Source of the DNA: Takakia lepidozioides
Lineage: Eukaryota; Plantae; Bryophyta
Direction: 5' to 3'
Length of the DNA stretch: 64,000 nt
Assembly: GCA_030704615.1 (NCBI GenBank)
Contig: CM060732.1
Coordinates: 50,096,001-50,160,000, forward strand
Position 1 is the stretch's first letter. Every line of letters begins with the position of its first letter. A program made the position numbers and the translations under genes. Under the pieces are notes generated by a model, which did not search any database, was not told the DNA's origin, and saw nothing but the letters and a program-made list of their open reading frames with translations. Of this stretch, positions 53,849 to 64,000 are shown one piece after another.

Positions 53849-54633
53849 GGGCATGAAATTGCGTGCGCTGACGCATGCAATTTCATGCCCTGCATTATTG
53901 TCTTTTTCCACTTCAAAGTGGAGTGACAGACATCAACATGGGCTACATAGCAGGGCCTTTGAGAGCACCTCCTGAAAATTGCGTGCGTCAACGCACGCAA
54001 TTTCTGGAGGTGCTCTCAAAGCTACTTTCTGCACTCAGCATCTCTAAATGGAGCCATCAATAGAGGGAGATGGGCTGCATTATTCGTTTACTGATATCAG
54101 CTACAAAAATCTCTGAATGTCCCTAAAAGAAACCCCAGAAATTGCGTGTGTCAACGCACACAATTTCGGAGGGTGCTCTTAGGGACACGCAGAGCTCTAA
54201 ACAGATCTGACGAGAAACTCTTCATTGCACCCTCCGAAACTGTGTGCGTTCTCTGAAGGACATTCTCCTGAGTATCGGTCTGTCATTTTTGAGATCAATG
54301 CACATGCGTATCTTGAAGTTGAAGAGATGATGTACAGTTTGTAGAGGCTTCAGAAATGCGTCCGTCAACGCACTCAATTTCAGAGGGTGCTGTTATGGAC
54401 ATCCAGAGCTCTAAACAGATCTGAAAGGTCGAATGTGTGAGCACAAGAAGATCGTCTTATATCCACGAGAGACACTTCAGAGAACCCACCGAAATTATGT
54501 GCGTTGACGCACGCAATCTCTGGGTTAGTACTTAAGCACAGTCTCTTGCGTATGGGTCTCTCATTTTTTTAAACAATGCACATGCATAGTCTGTAGAGGC
54601 ATCAGAAATGCGTGCGTCAACGCACTCAATTTG
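53849..54633. repeat. Array of ~6 palindromic ~30-bp motifs plus one half-site in intron 1
   Basis: Consensus gAAATTGCGTGCGT-ca/tg-ACGCACGCAATTTc at about 53856, 53976, 54138, 54353, 54491 and 54605; half-site at ~54237. Confidence 0.9.
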
Positions 54634-54923
54634 TGACATTGCTTTTACATGGAGAATTTTTCTATTTCAATGCAGGCGAAGAAAAGGAGAGGTGTTCCCC
54701 TGGAGATGGATGAAGACGAAGAGCACGAACTTGTTGTTGTAGAGGAGGAAGGCGGTGGCAGACCATACCAGGACAGGGCAAAAGATCTGTTGTTGTTCTC
54801 GAAAGTGAACTCTGCCCAAGTCATCAAGACCATGGGCGTTCCTGGGGGCAAATTAATGATCCCATTGTGCAGGTTGATCTCGATGTCGTTCGTCCGACCA
54901 GCACTCACGAATGACATTGCAAA

Positions 54924-55087
54924 GAAGGGGCCCACGTAGGTACTCTGAGACGGTGGGCACCATTGAGTTGGATGATTTTATCCAAGAGTTTGATAGTTGG
55001 TGACTTGCAGCAAATACGCAATCCACAACTGTTTACGTCTTTCGTGGCATGGAAGGGGCTGTTTCAGCACCTTGAGGGGCCGCCCGT
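54924..55087 (+). mobile_element. ~160-bp gag fragment from another copy of the DNMT-Gypsy family
   Basis: gtgggcaccattgagttggatgattttatccaagagtttgatagttggtg…gtttcagcaccttgaggggccg aligns with the reverse complement of ~40890-41050. Confidence 0.85.
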
Positions 55088-56450
55088 ACCATGGCGTCCC
55101 ATGGTAAAGAACCAAACCCCCACTTGACTCAACTCTCCACTAGCTAGTTCGGCCGACTTTCTCCAAGTCCCGGCCAAGGGTGGAGCCTCTCAAGCTCCAC
55201 CCAGTGCACTCTTCTTGGCCCACTTCAAGGCCAAGGAACGATCCTCCCCGAGGATCGAATCGCCTTACTGCAACAACATTGCTTGCGACCGCTCATGATG
55301 CCGCTTTTGGCATCACCTTGAGCAAAAGTTCACCTTGAACCATTTTTTACTAGGAAGATAACCTTGAACCAACCGCGCGCCCCAATCACTACAATTGGGT
55401 CCACCTTGGAATGTTGGCCTGAGGTACGGGAACACCGCGAAACCGCACTACGACTTCGTCCCGAGGTTACACGATTATAGTACGTGAACGGAAGCACGTA
55501 GCTTCCGCGTTAATCCACACTACAAGACAACCCCTCGGTAGCGCAGTTATAATACGCGCATGCACCATGTGCGCACTAGCACGTGAACTCCCAAAGAAGG
55601 CGCAAGTTTCTTTGCACCTTAGATGGGAGTCACCCGATTTTGGCACTGCGCAAACACACAATTAATCCAATTTACCTCTTCCACTTTTGTAAGCTAGCAT
55701 GCATTCTACACACTAGCCAACCATACCATGCATCACCATTCCAAACAAAATATGAAGTACAACATTTGGAAACCATTTCATTTATAAACAAAATTTGTGC
55801 AACACAAGTTTTTGCAATCGGATTCCTGAGCTAGCTAAGCCGGACTAAGCATGCATTTCCTCCCCCACGATCCAAGGTTGATGTCCCCATCAACGGTTCT
55901 TCCGCTTTTGAGGTCGCCCTTCGAAAGCTGCAACCGCCTCGGATGCGTTTCCCATTTCTGAGGCATGCACCCAAGTTGCCTCTACTTGATGATAGCCCTT
56001 CCATTTCACGAGATACTCCGTTTCTCGATTCTTGAACCTCCTCGACCTAAGCACTGCCTCCACCTCGTACTCAGGTTCATTTTCATGATCCAACAGCACA
56101 GGTGGTGCATGCAACACTTGATGCCGATTCAGACGCGCTTCATCTTTGAAGTAAGGCTTCGAAAGGGAGACATGGAATACCGGATGCACCTTGTTGTTTG
56201 CCGGCAGCTCCAATTCATACACATCCTCATTCATAACCTTCCGGATGCAAAAGGGCCCCACATACGGAGGTACGAACTTCGGACTCACTTCCGGAGGTAG
56301 TCGAAAATTCTTGATGTTCAACCAGACCTCCGTGCCTACCTCAAACTTAACTTCCCTCCGCTTCCGATTCGCTTGCCGTTCATACCGTTTCCTAGCTTTG
56401 GCAATGTTGTACTTTGCGAGCTCCAACAAACGCTTGCGTTCTTCCAGCAC
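55088..56450 (-). mobile_element. 3' end of a chromoviral Gypsy element: integrase C-terminus, chromodomain, PPT and partial LTR
   Basis: YVGPF…YELELP…VHPVFHVSL, chromodomain YEVEAVL…EYLVKWKGY…ATW, then GGGGGAGGAAA PPT and TG. Confidence 0.88.
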
Positions 56451-58294
56451 CGCTGCTGCTGAAGTTTTAATAGACGAGACTATTGTTGGAGGCTAGGATC
56501 CAATTTGGCGACATATCAACGAGGAGTTTGAATCAAGCATTTGCAAGAGGCTTGTTACACAGGCTTTCTCAGGCAAGATGTTCCATGTCTGGGATGGCAA
56601 CCACCAATTGCTAGCATGGCAGAACATGATATCGAGGTATCATAGCACTGAGGAGGAGTGGCACTATTGTGTGGCCTCCATGGTGCTGGATCCCAAGGGA
56701 AACATCACTGCGCTCTTGACAGCAATGCATGACGTGAACAAGTAAGTGCCTTTCCTGAAATAACTCGGTTCTTTCCCTCATGTGTTTGGGAGTCAAATTG
56801 GACATGTCATGACATACCACTGCTTGTGGCAGGGGAACTAAAACCGCCCATGTTACAACAAACCTGGAACACACCCTGTTCAGGATCCAGAATATTGGCC
56901 AAATGCCCCTCAGCACATTCAAGAGCATCCTCAGTCCAGAAACCTTCGCGAAATGCCAGACCTCCAAAATTTCGGACACATGGTACAAGCTGACAAGGGG
57001 AGCATTCATGGAATACATGTACACGGTTAGTATATCATCACCTAGCACTTCCATATTCTAGTACAATTCAAATTATTCTTCTATTTGATTTTGGATTGGT
57101 TTTTGCAGCAAGAGATAGCGGAGGCTGGGGAGAGGGCCAAAATAGAGTACTACTTCAAAACCCCCGAGGGGATAAGAACATCGAAAGGAGTGGCTGAAGC
57201 AATGAAGTTAAAGATGAATGAGACTCGGAAGAAGATCATGAGCGTGGAGAATGGCAGACCCTGCCTTTGGGCCGCCATTGGCGTCGCCCAACGAGACGTA
57301 AAACACAGACTGACCCTCTATGTAGCCATGGCAAAAATCTTGTCCAACATCTTCATTCTCAGCTTTGTTTAAGAATGCAACAGTTTTGGTGTTGAAAACA
57401 TCTTGACAGTCCAACATGGCAGAGAAAGATGCAAATACGTCCAACTATCACCCACTACTGTATGAACAGAGTACTACAAGAGAGCATTGTAGATAGATGC
57501 AATGTCGTGAAACTGAGAGGAGCTGACAGGAGCGCAGCCCACAAAACCCACAAACCCTATTTCCTCCGCTTTTCAAGGAATGCCACAACCGCGCTTGGAA
57601 AATTCAAATCCATGGATCATGGCATGTCCTATGGCCTAACCAGATGATGACATGGATTATGGCTAAAGCTTCATGGCATGACAACCCAATGACTCACATG
57701 CCCAACACCTATACAGTGCAGATCATGCAGAACATTCCACCATGCATAACGCCATTGTGTAGAACAACCACTTCCTCGTGACCGCGGTTGTGGCGACATG
57801 TGGGGTCCATGGAGCCAAGGGATGGGTTGCCCACCTCACGCGCGAAGACTGTTGACATATGGCAGCGAGCAGAGCTCGTAGGGGTACATATAACGTCCTA
57901 CAGTAAAGGCAAAGGGTATATGCGTGGCGGGTAAATCCTAAGCTTTTGTCCAATTCGCTTGAGCCTTGCTCTAACTCTGCTATAGGTAATCCACTCAACC
58001 ACCTCACTTTTTAGTCGATGGACCCACCGCTCTCCACCCTCCCTTTTAAGTTTAAGCTGGGCCAACCCCCAATCTTTTGTTGCACTTACAAACCAACACC
58101 TCTTGTGGTGCTTCCAAAGTAGCTTCAATTGTGCTCCACCCATGTCCTAAAAATCTTAGTTTTAGGAACGCGAAGTTGGTTTATGTAGGTACGTTACCAC
58201 TGGATTGTTTTATCAATATTCCAAGCATTATTGAATGTATCACTCATATCTCTTGAATATATAATTGAATAAAAAATAGAAATATACTTATTTA

Positions 58295-58519
58295 ACTATA
58301 CCCGGTATTTATTTATACCCTCAGGGTATAGATGAGGCTTTTTACTATTTATTTATACCCTTCAGATTCTACCAGCAGTAATATACCCGTACCCGGAGGG
58401 TAAATATAATTTGGAAATATAGTATATAGTATACCCGGCCCGGAGGGTAAGACAAAATAAATTTTCTTCTTACCCAGACCCGGAGGGTATGTCTAAAACA
58501 ATATACCCGCACAACACTG
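58295..58519. repeat. Probable DNA-transposon/MITE terminus with tataccc/ccggagggta subterminal repeats
   Basis: Repeated tatacccg…cccggagggta motifs ending in cacaacactg (CAGTGTTGTG on the minus strand, hAT-like). Partner end not seen. Confidence 0.4.
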
Positions 58520-59045
58520 GATGAAACTTCCTGTCTGAGAAAGTAACTGTTTGATTCTAACAAAGAAAAATTGTTGGCAGTTTTTTCCGTGTATTGTCAG
58601 ATCTCCACTACAAACAAAGCCATTCCACTTGGTGTAAGTGACAGGGTTAGCAATTTGCTTTGTGCAAAACAGCTGCCATGAGAGTTGATACAAGGAGGCA
58701 CCCATAGAATTGGATTTGAAATCAAGGTGGAAAACAATGGTTAGGTCTTGGAATAAAAAGCAAAAGGCACCTTCTAATCTGCTATGTCTAGGGATTTCTT
58801 TCAAATCAGTGCACTGTCATGCGGTTTGAGTATTCTATACCCTACTATCCTTGACATCACTGACACCACTGACATCACGAGAAGCGGAAATGGTAAAGAA
58901 AGTGAACATGCAAAGACCAAAGTTTTCTTCACACAGGACTCCTCTTCAGCCTTTGGTAGCAACTCATTCCGCTGGCATACATATCACTTGCTATGGGCTC
59001 TCTAGAATATCAAATGTCCTCAAAGTGTGTACATACTAAAATCCA

Positions 59046-60578
59046 TTAGCTTGCACCAATGGGGTTAGTAATACGGCCAATGAAAAGAATGACATTTGTC
59101 AACTCTTCCTTAATCAAAAACAGAAATGGATGATCTGCCGCAAATTCTTCAGGTTCCTGATAACAAAGCAGACTAATGGAGACTCCAGTTGCAGCGGCAG
59201 CCTCAGTACCCTTTTCATTCACTTCCACAAATGCCTTATGAAAGATGTTGGAAATATAGAGGGGCTGTCCACTCGGACAGTCCACCAGCTCTGAAAAATC
59301 AGCATCATTCGAAAAGGGTAATACAAGACCAAGGTTTTTCAAGGCCTCAGGCACTTCAAATCCACTCGAAATCTGAAAGCGCGGCAGCTGAAAGTTTGTT
59401 ACTGTGACCTTCGATTCATATTGGACAGATCCTGCCCAAGCACTTTTGTATCCAGATTCTGCTCAAGTTGGGTCAGTCCATCTCTGTCATTGGGCAAGAG
59501 AATATACATTGAGAACAAGCGCTTGTCATCACCTGGGAAATGGCGGAGCCGAAGCACTTTGAATGACCCAAAGTTTTCAATGAACTGCTTTTTGTGAGTC
59601 CGCATCATGGGCACTGTTACGCTCTTTCCATCCAGCAGATAAAATGTGCCATCTTTGGTCTCTGATTCCTGGAATGGTTTCTTCCAAGCTCCCTTGAAGT
59701 AAAGAGCATTGACCAATACAACCCTCGTAGTATGGTCCACAGAACCTTGGGGAAGGAGGTCCTCAATCTTTCCCCTGGTTTCATCCTTGACCCATGTATT
59801 TATACTTGTTCTGGCTTCCTCAGCCTGTCTCACCATCAAAACAAAAGTACATGAAAACCCATGTTGAGAATTGGTGACTGACTGCATATTTCCTAGTGTA
59901 GGTTGGATAGAAAATTGACACTGCTAGATACCCTGGCATCCCACCACGAATTCGGACACCAAGGGTTGACATGGGGTAAGCCCCAAATTTAGTTCAAATT
60001 GTGTCATAGACGATGTGGAATTCAGTTTCTGCTTCATCTCTCTAATAAACGAGGCAGCATGAGCAGAAAACCCGTTACCTCAAAGTAGTAGGCCACGTCG
60101 AACATTCACAGTAGGCTCTGAATTTGACTACGGGATAACATTATTCGGAATTAGGGAGAGGAGAAAAACATTGAGAGAGCCGGGAAAACCACCCTACTTT
60201 TGATTGGAAATGAGCCTGTCCAGCTTCAGATCCATAGCGGCACTTCAGCAGCTCCATAAACGGGGGCTTGGGAGGTACCGTTTGCTCCACCCACACTTTA
60301 TTAGCGGACGCTAGCAAGGGCCCCCCTTGTGCGCTGCCATCAGCCAACACAACGTTCCTCAAATGCGACGAGAAATCGTGCATAACATCTCCCGCAAGCT
60401 TCAAACAGGACGAGATCTGGTCAAGAGTGGCACCCTTCGCGCCAGCTCCCGCCATAGCCAAGGTGAGCCCAACACTGAGGGGAGAAAGCACGGCATTCTT
60501 ATCACCTTGATGCTTCACCACCGCTTTGTACAGGTCCAGTGTAAACTCTGTCTGCCCCACTAAGGTTGCCACATCCAT
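59046..60578 (-). pseudogene. Serpin (serine protease inhibitor); exons 60578-60198 and 59824-59046; single frameshift near 59410
   Basis: NAVLSPLS, INTWV…T-x-GKI, LVNALYFKGAW, VPMM, LPRF, HKAFVEVNEKGTEAAAAT, FAADHPFLFLI, FIGRITNP. The frame shifts at NR|x-VTVTNFQLPRF. Confidence 0.9.
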
Positions 60579-60878
60579 CGCTACGCACCTCCTGTCCAGA
60601 TATCACTGTGAACAGCAGTGTTCGGTTCCAAGTTCCCGCCTGAAAGTTTGTGCGTGTGTTCCATAGAAAGAAAGACAGAGATGGGTTTGCAGACAAGCCA
60701 TGGGGGATTGTAGTTCAGTATATGGCGTAGCATATCACGCTGTGCTCGTGAGAGAGAGAGACACAAAACGAGGGAAGAGGCGAGGGGCTCGTTGTCAGCA
60801 AGCCGCTGTTGCCCTGCCGTATGGCGACAACTTGTTGCAATAGAACATGCAGTTTGCAGTTTGCACCATAATCCGTAG

Positions 60879-60879
<1 letters not shown>

Positions 60880-60910
<31 letters not shown>
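60880..60910. repeat. (TTA)n microsatellite
   Basis: About 10 TTA units upstream of the serpin. Confidence 0.9.
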
Positions 60911-60911
<1 letters not shown>

Positions 60912-62361
60912 TTTCCGGAACAGGGACGGTGCCCTGAGAACTTTATTAAAACTTACAAGTGTAAGGCAGAAAGCTGCAAATTTTGTCGAGGTCACCGCAA
61001 TATAATAGTACCCACTTGGGCTTAATATCCGAGTGAATTGACAGAAAGAAATCACAAATGCTTACTTCATGCGAATGAAAAAACTGTCATCTTTCACACT
61101 ATGCTTTAGGCCTTCAAGAATCTGGTCAATCTTTGAGGTTTTCAAATAAACTTTAAATTGAAATTCTCACATTTCATAGTTGTGGTTTGAGTCTAGGTCA
61201 TTGGAAAACAAGTAACAAACTACATACTCCTATGTCTATTCAATAGCATCTGTTTCAACACCAAAGTGAACCTGCCAGTGCAAGCATCATGCAGATCACT
61301 AGGCTGTGAAACCAGCACACTTCTCACAATGTTAGCACACCGACACAATCAGAGCTGCGTCATGGATATACATTTCGATCTACCTTTCAGACTGATGGAA
61401 GTAAACCAGAGATAGATGGGGTAGTAGAGCATGAGCAAGTCATAATCAGATGGTCCAACTATCAACAACAAAAACAGCGGGTAACGATCTGAACTTGAAT
61501 ATATTACAGATGTACATCCCACAATTCGGTGGGATGAGTACCAAACTACAGGATGTTTTCACTTATTCCAGGATGCAGCAAAAAGAACTATTTGCAATAA
61601 AATCAAACGCCGAAGAATCTGTGTGTCAATAGCCTGCTCAGAGATCTGAAAAACTAACAGCCACATATACAGCCTGTAAAGCCCTGGAAACAGCAAATGA
61701 TACAGACCTGACATATGTTGTGCAAATTTGCATTTGAGTGCTTGCTACTCCTGTACTATGAAAGGGTTAACAGGAACAGGCACCAGTGCAGTAGACCAGC
61801 TTTCTATAAACATGCTCATGAAATCAAAGAAGCTACAATAGACAAGGAAGACTTCAAACCTCATCTTCCACCCTCCCTCTTCAAACCCCTGCAGAACAAC
61901 ACCACCTGTGCAAACACTGACTAGATCAGGTGATGTGGTAAGACAACCACCCACCACCTTTACATCCCTTGATACAGTGCAATTTGTCTGTCGGTTGCGT
62001 ACTCACCGAGTTCAATCCTTGTCAGATTTGCAATGACACAAGCAAGTTCCCCATAGGTCAGGCTAAGAGCTGCACACGGTTGTGCAGGGTCAAGAAGTGC
62101 AGAACACGATGCATCTGACGTGTGAAACACATCCATGACATGCTCCTTGCTTTGCCAGCTCCATTCTTTCTGAAGTGACAAGCTTTTCTGGTTGCATAAT
62201 TGTGATACATGCACTCTCAGTAGACCCTTTCAACTTCTCTTTTGGATACTGACACCCACAAAATGCTGGAAGCACCTCCCGGCCTGTGTGGCATTGGTAC
62301 CATGCGCGGAGTAATGATTGAATGCTGAAAATGCAGCATAAAAAAAAAGACCCCATTAAGC

Positions 62362-63041
62362 TCAGTCATCTTCTAGCTCTTCAAGCTGTGCCCGTCTCGC
62401 AGCTGCCCGCTTGCGTATAAAAATACCCCAACGCAGTGCTGCCTTCAGCTTTAGCCACCCCACATAGGCCTTGCCATTGGCACGAGGTTTCTCTTCACCT
62501 ACACTGACAGTGGGACCAGGAGAAAAGCTGAAAGGAAAGGGGTCATGCTCTTGGAATGAGCCGTATGGGTTACCCGGGAATTCGCCAGCAGCAGTTGCAT
62601 TGAACATTCGCAACAGCTGCTGCATGTCCTCATTTTCAAGCATCTCCAGACTTTTAGCACGCAGATCATCTTCATTGGTGAAATCGTCAACCTGCATGCT
62701 CCTCGGGAAGCTCTCTTGGCCCCGGGTTTCACGATATCGTGGCCCATCATTTGCTCCCGAGTTCACAACCATTACACCTGGGTTCATGGGAGCAAGCACA
62801 ATGCCAGAGGAAGGTATCATGGCAGTTTGTGGCGGACCAAGGGCCAGCCCTGTCATGCCAATGCTGCCCCCTTGAAATGACGAGCTTGCTTGGGTGCTTG
62901 ACTCCATGCTGTTGTTCATACGGAGTGCAGATCCCATCGTGTTCTGATCTGGTAGAGGCTGAGTGGCCTGACTGGTATACGACCGGGCAAAGTTTGACTT
63001 TTGATCAGGTCCATAAGCATGAGGTCTGGTCGCTCCACTGC
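62362..63041 (-). CDS. CBP60: Calmodulin-binding protein 60 family, last coding exon (gene continues upstream)
   Basis: SLEMLENEDMQQLLR and C-terminal CaM-binding KAYVGWLKLKAALRWGIFIRKRAAARRAQLEEL; acceptor catgcag|G at 63041. Confidence 0.88.
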
Positions 63042-64000
63042 CTGCATGTTGATGGAAGAACATTCCCAATCAGCTCAAAAGGGGAGATTCAATGTCATCA
63101 AAGAGCACATCAGGACCAGCAGAGCGACAGGGAAAGCTTCAACCATCATACCAGCTAACTGAGTTTTGGTCTGAAGGTAAAAGTTTCAACATTTGTCTTC
63201 AAAGCAGACGACAGCTACAATGGTGATAAAACTTACGTCCGGGCATCACAAAAGCAGGATAACCAGTAGGAAATTAGAAGCCGGCTTTAGGGGAAACACG
63301 CGAGTTGACCAACCAATTACTTTAGTCGCAGAATCCTAAAGTTGGATCTACTATGATGGGTGGGCGCCTACCGGTCCGGCACTGCAAGGCCCCTGGGTGG
63401 GCCAGACGTACACCTGGCAGCCCAGTAGCTGCACAACTTGGCTTTTAGCACTGCACAGCCAGCACTGAGTTTTGCAGACACAAAATGATCACGCTCAGTT
63501 GGATGTGAACGTGCGAATTGTTGTCTAACTACAACTATGGAGATTCGTTGCCAAAACGCCCCGGTCTGTTAGGACCAAATGAGGCACAACTGACATGACA
63601 GATCAGAACCTAATTTGTGAACAGAAGGAGAAAACAACACAAACAAAAAGGAATAAGCAGAATGCAGGAGAGAGTAAATAGAAACAGGAGCCACAACTCT
63701 GCAGAAAAGCCAGAAAAGGGATTCAGCCCAGCTGTTAGCCATGCTGGCATCTTCATGATCCAATATGACCCAATCTAACGTTCTTGAGGCAGAGGAAACA
63801 ACAGAACTTGTCTGCAGGAAAAACCAAAGACAGCTGACAGACCTCAAAGCCGGCAGCATAGATATGCATATCAGAAAAGAGGCGTGAGAACTGAATAAAA
63901 GAGCCCAACTTTCAGGCAAAGTAACAACCTCTTGCTGTGCCTCTTCAACTAGCTCAAGAGTGCAATTTCCAAACCGTCTTGCTAAATCATAGGAGAGTAC

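Larger units (their letters stand above)
53505..57650 (+). pseudogene. ParB/Srx-like domain protein, divergent from the transposase and disrupted; exons 53505-53810, 54676-~54923 / ~56452-56741, 56833-57025, 57109-~57650
   Basis: Reassembled exon 2: IPLCRL…VRPALTNDIAK-[QDFCHGYIEGQSVFYVS]-…FHVWDGNH(Q)LLAW, with a GxxR-type motif (CAA probably from CGA). Phase-compatible GT-AG introns; acidic/basic disordered N-terminus. Confidence 0.6.

Noticed and set aside
53849-54633. Palindrome array as a CRISPR array
   Set aside because: Spacing is long and irregular, intervening sequences partly repeat each other, the array is intronic, and there are no cas genes.
43908-56450. Chromovirus 5' part (+) and 3' part (-) as one element split by an inversion
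   Set aside because: Their LTR sequences show only patchy similarity, so they are more likely two related elements.
63100-64000. Further CBP60 coding exons
   Set aside because: No CBP60-like translation found; treated as intron, with upstream exons outside the window.

Overview
Eukaryotic land-plant nuclear DNA with spliceosomal GT-AG introns; the gene style and TE types suggest a non-seed plant (inference). The left arm (1-29.5 kb) is gene-rich: tRNA-Gln(CTG), a DUF1218 membrane protein, a GH2 endo-beta-mannosidase, a DUF2921 membrane protein, an NLR pseudogene remnant, a long coiled-coil protein and three copies of a tRNA-derived SINE-like repeat. About 30-58 kb is a nested, decayed transposon island with three main parts. 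(i) A Ty3/Gypsy retrotransposon whose polyprotein reads gag-protease-DNMT3-like C5 cytosine methyltransferase-RT-RNaseH-integrase-PHD finger; it is interrupted by a CACTA element, a microinversion and a 1.4-kb TG..CA element carrying two F-box-only ORFs. (ii) Fragments of chromoviral Gypsy elements and LTRs. (iii) A Mutator-like transposase paired head-to-head with a ParB/Srx-like gene whose first intron holds an array of ~30-bp palindromes. The right arm has a frameshifted serpin and the last exon of a CBP60 gene. All calls are by manual motif recognition; no database searches were run.
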